DNA from: Bigelowiella natans CCMP2755 | Taxonomy: Eukaryota; Protista; Cercozoa | Assembly (NCBI GenBank): GCA_000320545.1 | Contig: ADNK01001691.1 | Coordinates: forward strand, 1 to 64,000 | DNA: 64,000 nucleotides | Direction: 5' to 3' | In this document: positions 1 through 11,500 of the stretch, piece after piece | How the letters are laid out: every line of letters begins with the position of its first letter | Position numbering within the stretch: the first letter of the stretch is position 1 | Program-made: the position numbers and the translations under genes | The notes under the pieces: generated by a model | What the model was told of the DNA's origin: nothing | Databases searched by the model: none | The model's input: the letters and a program-made list of their open reading frames with translations, nothing else

Positions 1-52
<52 letters not shown>
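1..52. repeat. (AT)n microsatellite in an intron
   Basis: Perfect AT run, followed by an AG-rich run. Confidence 0.95.
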
Positions 53-58
<6 letters not shown>

Positions 59-158
59 AAGAAGAGAAAGAGAAAGAGAGAGAGAAAGAGAGAGAGGCAG
101 ACACATATTTATGCCGTTATAATGTATGCATGTGCACATGTCTATGCGAAAGACGGAC

Positions 159-511
159 CCGCTGTATTCAGTTGATGCCCGAGCCTCGAAGAACATACTT
201 TTACAGGATGAGATGTCTTGGAAAGAAGCTGTGTCAACGGTGGAGGTCTTGATGAAGCCAGGGGCTTTCAGGGACGGCACATCTACGACCTCTCCATCGA
301 ACACGCCAACCCCATTTTTCACGGTCCAGGTGCCAGTTGATTTGCCCCCCATCACGGGGTCGTTCAGCTCCTTCCATTGCCGCTCTGTCGTGTCGCCCTT
401 ACCGAACGTCACGAGCGTGATGTCACCACTTCCGCTCTCGGAGGGCAGGTGGATGGCCCATGCCGCCAAAGGAAGCAATAGAAGGGGGAGGGACATTGCA
501 CCACTTCTCAT
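159..511 (-). CDS. CIA30 (complex I intermediate-associated protein 30)-like protein, first exon; gene continues off the left edge
   Basis: Manual translation MRSGAMSLPLLLLPLAAWAIHL...WKELNDPVMGGKSTG...FDGEVVDVPSLKAPGF...; the NDxVMGGxS motif is typical of CIA30; hydrophobic signal-like N-terminus; GT donor at 158. Confidence 0.75.
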
Positions 512-745
512 GTTGAGATCTGTGGTTTCCGGCGGCTCGTATCTTGTGGCGGATAAATCCCGGCATTTAGGCAGAAAAACGGGGGGAAAAATAGAAAAAC
601 ATTACGTTTCTCTCCGAATGGCCTTTTCTCAAATGTCGCAGGGGGGAAAATGCAATGGGATCAAATAAGCGGGTACCCCGAAATATCCGATTTAGACTAA
701 TAATTGCTTATCTTTGCTCAGTTCTAGTTTCGCCCTTCATTTTCG

Positions 746-1938
746 ATGTCGCAGGCGATAGTTGTATGCCGTTTTAAGAAGTCTCTGAGTTTGAGGTGAG
801 TCCTTTGTCGCGATGATAGAAACGAAGGGGAAACAACTCGTCTGTAAACTTGTCTTTCCCGTCCCGAACCTGGGCGGAGCAGAGATCGAGGATCCACGCC
901 TCCCGGGGACTTGACTTCATGCAGGGGGCAGGGAGCTCGAAACCTCTGGGGAGGAGTGTAGCTGGTGATGCAAAAAACGGAGCGGGGTAAGTGAAATTCG
1001 GCCGATCATGCCTCCCCTCATCGACTTACATGTGTCTTTATCCGGTCCAGAGGGAGGACGAAGCCAGCTTCGCTGTCGGGGGCTCTCATCCTCAACCTTG
1101 ACGGATCCCTTATATTCCAACCGTAATTATTATATTTATATATTATTTGCTTTTAGAGCAGACACAGAATTAAAAACATCAACGATGGCAGATTAGTCTA
1201 GATTACAATTGCGCTTCAGCTGGAGCGTATTCTTTCCTGTGGGTGTGTTAGGCGAAATCACGCAACCTCATGTTCGTTCACTCCGTATTTCAACTTCTTA
1301 TTGCCTTCTGCATTCATCCAAAATCTGCAGTGCAAATCGTTGCAATACAAATCGTTCTTCCTTCTGCCATTGATGTCTCAGGTACGGGAGCAAAAGCCAG
1401 AAAAGGCGTTACATCCAGGTGGGCCTCATTACTAACCAGCAGCATCGCTCGAATGCCATCTGAATGCGTGCAAGCTTGTGTATTTCGCCCTGAAGTCACG
1501 ACTCTCATTGCTGTCAGTATATGGCTTGGAAGGAGACCGCCCGATCATACGGGATTGAGTACAAATTCTCAGACTTTAGGCGCTTTAAGGTCGGGACATA
1601 TGAACCAGCAGTTGTGCGGAGCGCAAGCAGCGGGAAAGGAGGGGAGGGGGGGAGGAGAGGAGCACAAAGGAGAGTGAGGATTGATTCTGTTTTTTTAATT
1701 CTTTCACTCTCGGCTCAACTTCCACATTTGTGTCTTCTCGCTGGCCTGGTACAAAATCATCGCCAGAATGAGGAGAAAACAACAGAGGAGATATTTGCGT
1801 TCTTGGCTAAGGTACTGTGCTCACTCTCTCGCTCGCCTAGGGAAAGGGCGGTGTAGGATGTACTACTGCTTATTTGAAACATAAGAAAAACCTTTCTCTC
1901 TGAATTCAAGCAACTGCACAGAGAAGCGTTCTTCTTCT

Positions 1939-1991
<53 letters not shown>

Positions 1992-4112
1992 TCTATTTTG
2001 GACTTTGCTGTCATTTTCTCCTCAGCTCGTTGTTTACTTCCGACGTGTGCTCACAGGAACAAGGGAGGGAGGACATCAATTGCAAGGATGCATCTATCGC
2101 TAAGAAAAACAACTACAACCGCATATCGAGGTAATGCTCATCCAGTGGCGATTTCGGGATCTAAACCGCACAGCCAATCTGCTGGGATGCACATGTTCTT
2201 CTCCTCTATCATCATCATCTTCATCATCATCATCATCATCATCAGCGGTATTCCGATCAAGCCCATCGTTGAAGCCGTGAGGAAAGCGAGCCAAGTATGT
2301 TCCATGCGGTAGTAGCTGCCCATGGCGTGGCAGCAACCGTTTTGCTTTGCGATTCACGTCGTGGGCAGCAAATAGGGAGTATGCAAATTCTTGTGCCCTC
2401 TCTCTCTCCCTCCGCTCTGTCCTCCTCCCGCCCCCCCCCCCCTTCTGTCTTCCCTCTCTCTTTTGTTCTGGCACTGTGCATTGCGTTGCGCCTCTACCTT
2501 TTGATAGAGTGTACCGTGAATGATATCTCATACTTAGAACCACGCGATTGTAATCATCTCGTCGCGCTCTCAAGAGCACATCGACTCGTCTCTGCAGAAG
2601 CTAGGATTCGGTGGGAGAGAAGGGGCAATTCCATTCCTGCGCACACTTCCTCAGGTGTGCGTAGAGTGGTTCTTTCACAACAAAAACAAGATCTTACTAC
2701 ATCATCCTCAAATCCTTTCGGAACAACCCCCCCCCCCCCCCCCCCTTACACAGTGCGTGATTACCGAACCATTGCTTTCGCAACTGGTGAAGCAGTACGA
2801 CCTGCCAGTGTCTACAAGCAGCAAGGGTGACGGGAGAGGGGGGGGGGGCAAAAGCAAAGTTGTTGTTTACGACTGCAATGATAGCTCTCTCTCTGCAGCG
2901 AAGGTGACGATTGGTGGATGGAGGGTGAAATGAGAGGAGAACGGAATATGAACTGCTTCACATGGCGATGATAGCAATATCTCCTCATGCAACGATTATC
3001 TTAGCAATAAATACAATATATTCTTAACGAACCTTGTCATCATCATCAACATCATTATCGTCATCATCTTCTTCTTCATTACCGCAAGTAAACGATGCAT
3101 TGTATTTTACCACCACACATACACATTAGGCGGTGGGAATGGGCACATTCGACGTTCGCAGCGTATTTGACTTCCCAACTGATACGCTTGTATGTACCCA
3201 ACACGCTATGTTTGCTATAGTTAACCTCTATTGTGTACTGCACTGCTCCTAATATGCTCTCCTAGAAATAACGCTAAAAAAGAGCGCGTAATAGAACTTT
3301 AAGGGCAACGAGACTTGCGAGGGCGTTTGGCTTAGTCAGACTCCTCTCCCTCCCCCTTCCCCCCACCGAATACTTCAGGGAGACGTAGCGTGGTACGACA
3401 CGAGCAAGGGCTACGGTTTCATCAGTCCAAAGGTTGGGGGAAAGGTGCGCCCGATTCGTAGCGGCAGTTGCATGAAGCTGGATGGAAATGAATAGAAGTG
3501 ATATGTACTTCTGCACCATGCAGATGGGTGATCGCACAGCGGGTTGCATTCTCACCCCGCTTCTCCCTTCCCCTTCCTTAGGATCTATTTGTTCACCAGT
3601 CATCGATCCGCGCAAGCGGATTTCGATTTCTCCAACGGGGAGAGCGTGTGCAATACACGTACGTTCTCAGTGACGAATACGCAATGACCTCGAGCGACCA
3701 CAAAGCCACACAAGCAACGTGTCATGAAACAATGCGGAAAATTAGCACTGAAAACCGAGAGCGCACGATTGTGCGGCTTAGACCGTTAATTGGACAATTC
3801 ATGATGCATAGTAGCTATTACCACCATAACTTCCATTCAAAATATAGTGTAGGCACGAACAAGAAGGGCGAGACTGTGGCCTTGAACGTGAGAGCCCCAC
3901 ATGGCAAGGTGAGTTGTGCATGCAGTGTAATGAATTAATCACAACTTGCAAGGTCGAGTCAATGATGAATTTTGACATGCTTGTAGGTTTTAGCATGCTC
4001 AATGCCAAACTCTTCGGCAAACTCTCAAGGCGACACAAAGAAGAACGATGGTTTCAGCAACGGCAGGGAAAATCGGCAGCAATCAAGAAATGAAAATTCG
4101 ATGGAAATTTGA
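746..4112 (+). CDS. Multi-exon gene: HAD-like (YqaB/beta-PGM type) domain fused to a C-terminal cold-shock domain
   Basis: Exons give ALILNLDGSLI (motif I-like), YMAWKETARSYG, KVVVYDCNDSSLSAAK|AVGMGTFDVR (motif IV region), then phase-0 splices to GDVAWYDTSKGYGFISPKVGGK|DLFVHQSSIRASGFRFLQRGERVQY|..ALNV (CSD RNP1/RNP2); stop at 4110-4112. Confidence 0.7.
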
Positions 4113-4231
4113 GATGAAACAGCATGACATTCTGCGCCCCGTTGACTGCATTTTCATGGAATCAATCTCCCTTTTGCAATGTGATCAAAAATTGCTTTCT
4201 TTGATCGCAACATGGATGCAATGCATGTGTG

Positions 4232-4557
4232 TGTAGCGCGTACCACTACGCGGGCACAAGTCACGTGCGACAACAAAGGGGTTGTCGCGGATATAGAATA
4301 TAGATAACGTAGATATTAATACAGCATAGGCACGTGGGTTCCGGCGGGACTCATGGCAGCACACCGGAAGTGTGCTGCCCCACGTGCGGCGGCATTCGCG
4401 AAAGCTTCGCGAATGATTACGCAGTGCACGATTTAATAAAAATATAATCTTTAATAAAAATAAACACAACTCTTCAAAAGGAAGCAAACGTGCCTTTCCC
4501 CCCCCCTGCCTACTTGTGCACGTAGCGCCTCGGCCTGTGAACACCTTACGCGCAACA
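4232..4557 (+). repeat. 5' LTR of Gypsy copy 1
   Basis: TGTAGCGCG...CGCGCAACA with terminal inverted repeat; appears identical to 7541-7866. Confidence 0.95.
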
Positions 4558-4562
4558 ACCTT

Positions 4563-4580
4563 TGGCTTCCACACACGGGA
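4563..4580 (+). promoter_or_regulatory. Primer binding site (tRNA identity not determined)
   Basis: TGGCTTCCACACACGGGA 5 nt after the LTR; reverse complement ends in CCA like a tRNA 3' end. Confidence 0.6.
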
Positions 4581-4596
4581 AACGATTTGACTAACA

Positions 4597-5769
4597 ATGT
4601 CACAGCAGCTAGAAGAACAGCAGGACTTTGGCTCGCAGGCCGTGCAAGGGCACGAGCAGAAACAGGAAAGGAAGGGCGATACGGACGCTAAGGAAGGAGG
4701 AGGAACACCTCCACAGGCACCGCCGGGACCAGCACCCGGGATTAAGAAAGCAGATGCAGCAGCAGAGGCACTGGAGAACTTCTACGAGGCGGACGACGAG
4801 GACGTGGCCGCCGAAAGCAAGAAGGTCGTAATGGCATTACGAGCCTTGCGACCCAGGGCGAGCAACTACGCCAAACTGAAAGTATCGATAGAATACAAGT
4901 ATCAGACACATGATGTTTGGGCAGCTATCATGCAGGACATCATGGATTACGAAGCAGACTTACCTCCAGAGTGGGCAGCTTTGTTTAGGAACGACGGGGG
5001 TCTGGGCGCCTCGCGGGGGACGACCCAGAGCACCGTCAAGCAGCAGCAGCCGGTACAGCGGAACACCCAGTTCATGTCTGTTAAAACAGCACCGGTTATG
5101 ATAACGAAATACAACGGGAAAAGAGGTGAGGCAAGGAGGTGGTGGAAGAACGCTAGGAGTATACTCTGCGACTTTACCCCTAACCCCACCGAAAACGACA
5201 AGCTCAAATGGCTAGCTATAATAAAGCAAGCCATGGACCTTTACGAGACAGGCAGGACCCGGATCAGGCAGCTAGAGAAAATACACACTACAGTTAGTGG
5301 GCTACGAGACGTTGAGGCGATAATGAAGGCTTTTGTAAATGAACAGGATGCTAACTCCCTACCCCAGGCTATTAGAAAATACAGAGCAATGATGCAGCAT
5401 GAGAGAGAACCTGTTAGAGACTTTGCCACGCGCTTCCAGGATATGATCGACGAACTACATGATTTTAATTACAACACAGGTGATGATCAGGCAAGGTTTG
5501 AAGAGTTCAAGTTAAAGATAAAGGAATCCACTTACGTTACGGAGAAAGGCTACACCACGATGGAGGCAGCAGTGCAGGCTATATCCCTACGCGAGCAGGA
5601 GCAGGACCGCAAGTTTACCAGCCCTAAGGTACCTGGCATAGGAAACATTAACGCTATTAAGCCGCAGCGAGACTGGTACAAGGACAGGGAAGGTAACCGA
5701 CGTTGCGGATACTGCTCACGTAAAGGGAAACACACCGCTAAAGTACAGCCCTACAAAAGGAGAGTATAA
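4597..5769 (+). CDS. gag: Gag, truncated within the zinc knuckle
   Basis: 390 aa; Gag homology region QHEREPVRDFATRF; CGYC...H knuckle lacking its last Cys because of the deletion. Confidence 0.85.
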   Translation: MSQQLEEQQDFGSQAVQGHEQKQERKGDTDAKEGGGTPPQAPPGPAPGIKKADAAAEALENFYEADDEDVAAESKKVVMALRALRPRASNYAKLKVSIEYKYQTHDVWAAIMQDIMDYEADLPPEWAALFRNDGGLGASRGTTQSTVKQQQPVQRNTQFMSVKTAPVMITKYNGKRGEARRWWKNARSILCDFTPNPTENDKLKWLAIIKQAMDLYETGRTRIRQLEKIHTTVSGLRDVEAIMKAFVNEQDANSLPQAIRKYRAMMQHEREPVRDFATRFQDMIDELHDFNYNTGDDQARFEEFKLKIKESTYVTEKGYTTMEAAVQAISLREQEQDRKFTSPKVPGIGNINAIKPQRDWYKDREGNRRCGYCSRKGKHTAKVQPYKRRV

Positions 5770-5773
5770 AGCC

Positions 5774-7489
5774 ATGACTGAGGCGCAGAGGAAACTAAGA
5801 TACTACCTGCTGTCGGTGCCCAGCTTCACCTTAATGACTGACCACAAGCCCCTCCTAGGCATCGACCGCAAGCTCGAAGCGCCTAACGATGAGTATGCAG
5901 CTATGAGGGCGGACACGGAAGAGTTTAGGGACAAGAGGACAGTGGTCTACGCACCAGGAGACAAGCAGCTTGCTGACTATTTCAGCAGGCTGTTCGAAAA
6001 GAAAGTCCCTACCCAGGTCACCCCTATGGTTAACGCGATTACCTTCGAGGACGGCGACTTCCTGCCTGAGCCAGAGGAGCTCCAGCACCTTCAAGAACAC
6101 CTGGATAAATACAAACACAAGCATGAGGTACTTAGTGATAGGATATATGTATACACTAATAATGTTAGGCGTACCTACGTGCCACGGCGGACCAGGGGAG
6201 CCCTTCTCTTTACCGCCCATGGACCTGCACACGTAGGAGAAAACCATATCACTGCTCTACTCTACCATTACTACTGGCCCTACAAGCTAAAAGAGATAAG
6301 GACATACCTGCGTGGCTGCAGGTGCTCCAGCTTGAAGGCGGCAGGCGTCGCCACCAAGGAGTCCAGCAAGAGCCGTGCATCTAAGAAAATCAAAGCAAGG
6401 AACTTCTTAGATATCGTGCAAATTGATGTTTATAAGTACGATGGCTATCACTACCTTACCTTCGTTGATGTGGCCACTGGAAAGTGCTGGGTTAAAAAGA
6501 TTATCAAGGTCAACGTTGCTAAGAAGAACAAAGGCTTATATAAGCAGAGGCTTACTAACTGCTACCGTACCTGGGAGTCTGAGCTCCAGGCTATCCCTGA
6601 TGAAGTTAGCATAAACAAGATACCAAAGAAGTTACATGTGGATAATGAGACCTCTCTTCTACAGCTACCACACCCTAATATTGATGCCTCACCTGTATAC
6701 TATGCCCAGTCCAACTCCAAGGTAGAGCGACTCCACCGCACCTTGGCCAACCTAAGCAGGATAAATAGCACCACACCAGACAAGATACAAGGGTTAGTAA
6801 ACGACACCTTCACGTCTGGGGGAGGTATCAAGGATAAGGAGAGGGAAGAAGGCGACGACAACGACGACGATACCGAGAGCGAAGACGAGAAGGTCCCGTA
6901 CGATGGCCGAGTTCTAAAGGAAGGACAGTATGTTAGGGCCAAGGTAAATCTGAGATCGAGAAATAAACAAGACCCCTTCTGGGGTGGCGTTGCAAAGGTT
7001 ACCGAGAGGAAGGGGAGGAAGCAGTACTACATCTATGATGGGAACAGGGTCACCTTGCGCCACATCAGTCACCTAAAGAATTATGATATCGGTGAGAAGC
7101 TCCTAGAGGATGTTAAAGTAAACCCTACTGTGTGGGAGCGAGCAATGCCTTGTTTAGGACCCCGACCTAAGTTCGATGTGGAATATGGAAACAATAAGGT
7201 CAGGGTGAACGACGATTGGCGCATGAAGATTGTCTATCTAGGCTACCCTGGATTACGAAATATGGAGAGGGTAGCTATGAAAATAAAGGACGGAAAATAT
7301 CAGCTACTCTACCTAGCTGTTCCCGACTTACCCTTTGAGCACTGGTATAAGGTCCTGGGGGACCTTGATGCAGAGGGCTGGTATGGACACGAACCTAAGG
7401 ACGAAGGTGAGTTCTGGGTAAGCGACAAAGGAGATAAGGTTAGAGAGGAATCTATTACCTGGTGGTTGGTGAAGTTCCGAAAGCGATGA
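5774..7489 (+). CDS. RNase H C-terminus + integrase + C-terminal methyltransferase-like domain
   Basis: TDHKPL; HHCC region (HGPAH...YYWP...CRC); DDE core IDV / VDNE / SNSKVERLHRTL; identical to the last 571 aa of Pol in copy 2. Confidence 0.85.
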   Translation: MTEAQRKLRYYLLSVPSFTLMTDHKPLLGIDRKLEAPNDEYAAMRADTEEFRDKRTVVYAPGDKQLADYFSRLFEKKVPTQVTPMVNAITFEDGDFLPEPEELQHLQEHLDKYKHKHEVLSDRIYVYTNNVRRTYVPRRTRGALLFTAHGPAHVGENHITALLYHYYWPYKLKEIRTYLRGCRCSSLKAAGVATKESSKSRASKKIKARNFLDIVQIDVYKYDGYHYLTFVDVATGKCWVKKIIKVNVAKKNKGLYKQRLTNCYRTWESELQAIPDEVSINKIPKKLHVDNETSLLQLPHPNIDASPVYYAQSNSKVERLHRTLANLSRINSTTPDKIQGLVNDTFTSGGGIKDKEREEGDDNDDDTESEDEKVPYDGRVLKEGQYVRAKVNLRSRNKQDPFWGGVAKVTERKGRKQYYIYDGNRVTLRHISHLKNYDIGEKLLEDVKVNPTVWERAMPCLGPRPKFDVEYGNNKVRVNDDWRMKIVYLGYPGLRNMERVAMKIKDGKYQLLYLAVPDLPFEHWYKVLGDLDAEGWYGHEPKDEGEFWVSDKGDKVREESITWWLVKFRKR

Positions 7490-7532
7490 AGGTCTAAGGG
7501 AATAAGGAAGGAAGGAAGGAGCAACGTGACTT

Positions 7533-7540
7533 GGGGGAGG
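7533..7540 (+). promoter_or_regulatory. Polypurine tract
   Basis: GGGGGAGG immediately before the 3' LTR. Confidence 0.75.
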
Positions 7541-7866
7541 TGTAGCGCGTACCACTACGCGGGCACAAGTCACGTGCGACAACAAAGGGGTTGTCGCGGA
7601 TATAGAATATAGATAACGTAGATATTAATACAGCATAGGCACGTGGGTTCCGGCGGGACTCATGGCAGCACACCGGAAGTGTGCTGCCCCACGTGCGGCG
7701 GCATTCGCGAAAGCTTCGCGAATGATTACGCAGTGCACGATTTAATAAAAATATAATCTTTAATAAAAATAAACACAACTCTTCAAAAGGAAGCAAACGT
7801 GCCTTTCCCCCCCCCTGCCTACTTGTGCACGTAGCGCCTCGGCCTGTGAACACCTTACGCGCAACA
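7541..7866 (+). repeat. 3' LTR of Gypsy copy 1
   Basis: Direct repeat of 4232-4557. Confidence 0.95.
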
Positions 7867-8593
7867 GTCCACCACACCTAGCTACACGTAGCTAACAGCT
7901 AGACATGCATGCTAGCACGAGCTAGCGCAGGCTGTGGATCATCAAAATTGCTTGGGAAATTGCAGCAAAACTTTGTTCTGCGTCTCAACGGCAACCATCG
8001 CCTCTGATCCCCGTTCCTTTCCTTTGAACGACAACCGACTACTGCCTCGAATCCGACCAAAAAAGCGATTAATTCCCCAGCAAACATGTTGTCGCAGTGT
8101 CCGAACCCTGGCGGAAAGCGAGCAACTTCCACGAAAAAAACCACACTCCCACCACCTCCGAATTAAGTCCTTCCGGGCGCGTCGTGAAGAGGGAAAACAG
8201 GAGAACGTGTCATTGTGCAGGGATTTTCCAGATGTCTTAGATGCTAAATGCAGTGGATTTCCGAAGGAAAACTAATGGAGAAAAACTTCGTGTGCTGCCG
8301 ATGTGATGCCTCCGCGTGAAGCAGCTCGTAGCAGTGCTGGTCAGAGAGCAACTAGCGCGAGAGGCCTCCTAAATTCCCCCGCCGCGAAGAATTTCTTTGC
8401 TGTCACTACCCATCATCTGAATGTCCTCGGCGACCGACGTCAGAGATTCGTTAGGAGTTCCTGAGACGTTAGATCAGAAACAAAGCCGATTGAATGTGAG
8501 GAAAATGTGATGATTGACTGAATGCATGTTAAGCATTGGCTTCACTGCTAAACTTTGTCGATTTAAGTCATATTCAATTTACACAATTGATGT

Positions 8594-11500
8594 CACAGAG
8601 GGAATCTTTCTTTGTAGCATTGGGCGACATTGAGGTGTAAACATTTGATGGGGCCCAACAATGTTACGGATAATGGATATGCTAACTGTTAGGCAAGGAA
8701 TGTATCAAAGATGGCTGAGCTGCAAGAAAACTACGACGATGATATTGAAATTTCCTCGGATTCGGACGATGATCCAAATCATCCAGATCTAGTAAGAGAC
8801 GCCATCAGAGGGGACGGAGCCGATTCTCTAGATGGGAATGTGACCACAGAAACTGAGGCTTCAAGTGTCGACGAGAACCTTTTCCCGCCTCCACCATATG
8901 TACCAAAAAAATTCTTAGATATTGAGAATATGAGATATATTTCCACTTTCCTTCCTAGATACAGAGCAAGGATCAGCAAGTATCTGATTCAGAAAAGGTT
9001 TTAAGAATTAGTATAGTATCTGATTCTGAAGATTTTTCAATAACGGATTTGTCCATATTTGGAACTTATTTCATTCACTGTAGAAGTTAAACTCTGGGAA
9101 TTCCGAGGGAAGGTTCTTAAAATACTTTTACCTGTTGGGTTTAAGTTGTACCAGTGAGATAACCGTCTTTTAGGAATGATGCTGATGAGGCGAAGCAAGA
9201 ATTTAAGAAGCCTTTGAAGCCTAAGCTATCCGCCAAAGAGAGAATCAAGTTATTCAAAATGGCAGGATCAGCGTTGATGAGAGAGGTATATATTTTATGC
9301 ATACGAGGCATTGCGTATGAGTGAGTACAACAACACGAAATTCAATCTATAACTTTTGTATACTAATATTGTATAAAGTTGATATGTATTAATCTGTAGA
9401 TTACTCCGAAAAATTCAGCGCGCAACTCCCAAGCTTCTAGCATGCAAGTAACTCCAAGGGGATCAGCACAAACATCACCGAAAGAAGTTTTCAAGCCTAC
9501 GGTTAATATTGATCGCAGAAACAGCAATACTAGAGAAAGAATAAATGTAACTAGGAGTGGAAATGAGCCAGAGACTATCAAGATCTCTATTCCTCACAAT
9601 CTACCCCCATTGGAAGTCGGGAAAAGCGAGGAACCTCAGATTCGACGAAGGTGTCATCACTCATTAATTTCATACTTAAAATTAATTACTGGCACCCTCA
9701 CGTCAGCTCGGATCCGCCAAATCCTATTCCGATTTCTGAGGGAAAGGGTATTCTTGAGACAAAGTCAAGTAGAAGGAGAATTGACCAGAAGGTTCTGGTT
9801 GGGAAAGACCAAAATTGGTCTGTCATGATGCCCGTGTGGGCACTAAATGCATGGGGGTAAGTCAACTTTGTATGCGTCGTTTATTTACACTCACTGATGG
9901 GGAGGAAATGAAACAACGAAAAACTCAGCGTGATTCGTACAAGATTTGACGTAGGAGGTATCTACAAGATTCCAAACACTGACCCGGTGATTAGCAAATT
10001 ATTTTTGATCTTTCGCCTGTCTTTTATTGTCATCAAAGAACCCACACCTGACCCGTTGCATGATCTTATAGATATACCCCAGGGGTCGTACCGAAAAAAT
10101 TGTTTTCTCACAACGATTTCGTTCAACTTCGAACAATAGGTAAATCCAAACTTGACATGCACTTAACGCGTACGTGCTTATGTTAGACGTAGACGAATAT
10201 GTTACCATTAAGAAGCGTTATTTTCAGTCGACCAAAGACAACGGAGGCGCTGCAAAGAACTGTGACTCGCACTACGAGATTAGGGACACCTACAACACGG
10301 AAGGCCCTTGAATCTTCAAACGGGAAAATGAAAAATCGTGGTGGTTCATAATTCTAGTCGTCCTAATAAATGGCCCCTTAAATGCTAAATGTCGTCTTGC
10401 TCTACTGATGTATTTCCAAGGAGCTTGGAATAGTACTGGCCGCATATTTGCCCCGACAAAATCTTCACGAATGAGAAACAAGAAACCGCATAGTAGCAAT
10501 ACATGTCCAAAGCCATCTTCAACTAGAGAAAGAGGGCGAGATAAGCAAAAGAACCGTTCACCACGATCCAGAAGCGCAAAAGGTAATCGTAATTATGTTG
10601 ATGGTCCCCTTATTTAATTTAAAGTTGATTCGACGCTTTGATACCACAGGGACGGTAAAAAGGCTAAAAAGTCCCCGTCAAACAAGGAAAGCTTTAAGAG
10701 GTTTAGCATAAGTCTGATAGCTGAAGACATATAGTCATGTCAATATATCTAAGCAGGTACGAAGAACCCAAAAACCAAGATTGTAAAGATGAAACCAGCA
10801 CTTCGGAGTCCTGGAAAGAGGGAGGGCATAGCAATCGTGACCGGTGGGTGTATTTCTTAAACTTTCTAAATCATTCATCACTCATGGATATATCTGTAGG
10901 AGCTGATAGTCAGGCAGGTTCCAATATTGCATTGTTGCTGGCGGAAAAAGGTAGAATCTCCCATTATTATGCATTCTTGCAGTTAAATCGATTATCTTTA
11001 TTCGAAGGAATGACTGTAATAGCAGTCGGTGATACAATAGAGGTATCTTCATGAATCCTAATGGTTGAATCTACAGATCTACAGCGCCTATATAAGAGAC
11101 AGCCTTTCTCATTAGGGTCTCCGTTTAGCACTGACTGGCAAAAACATCTACGAGCCTGGTACCCTATCTTCTTTGAATGTACTTCATTCTACATATTCAC
11201 TTCGTTCTATCAGCTCCCTTGTATCCTAACGAAGGGGATGATATCAGGTAGATGACATGCAGAGTTAATAATCTTAAGTTTCCCAGATGTAGTTAGTACT
11301 TAAATATATGCCGTTTGTTATTGCAAGTGTGTACACGGATAAATCAATTAGTCCCAGAAGCAAGGATATGGACGAAAAGGAAAAGGTTATCCTAACAATT
11401 GAATGCATAATCTCCGTCTGATTCTGATTCCTAACGATGCAGGTGGCTTCAGGGATTCATTCATGTAACGCTGACATTTCGACCGAGGAGGGAAGGTTGG

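Larger units (their letters stand above)
4232..7866 (+). mobile_element. Ty3/Gypsy LTR retrotransposon, internally deleted (lacks PR, RT and most of RNase H)
   Basis: Two 326-bp TG...CA LTRs, PBS, PPT, gag and integrase ORFs matching the copy at 53226-59092. Confidence 0.95.

Noticed and set aside
126-668. 180-aa plus-strand ORF
   Set aside because: Antisense shadow of the CIA30 exon
4185-4574. Antisense ORFs across the LTRs (also 7494-7877, 53239-53598, 58750-59103)
   Set aside because: No recognisable motifs; they recur only because the LTRs are near-identical
5735-5750. Gypsy internal deletion as a retroposed spliced transcript
   Set aside because: No placement of the AAG microhomology gives GT...AG or GC...AG borders on either strand
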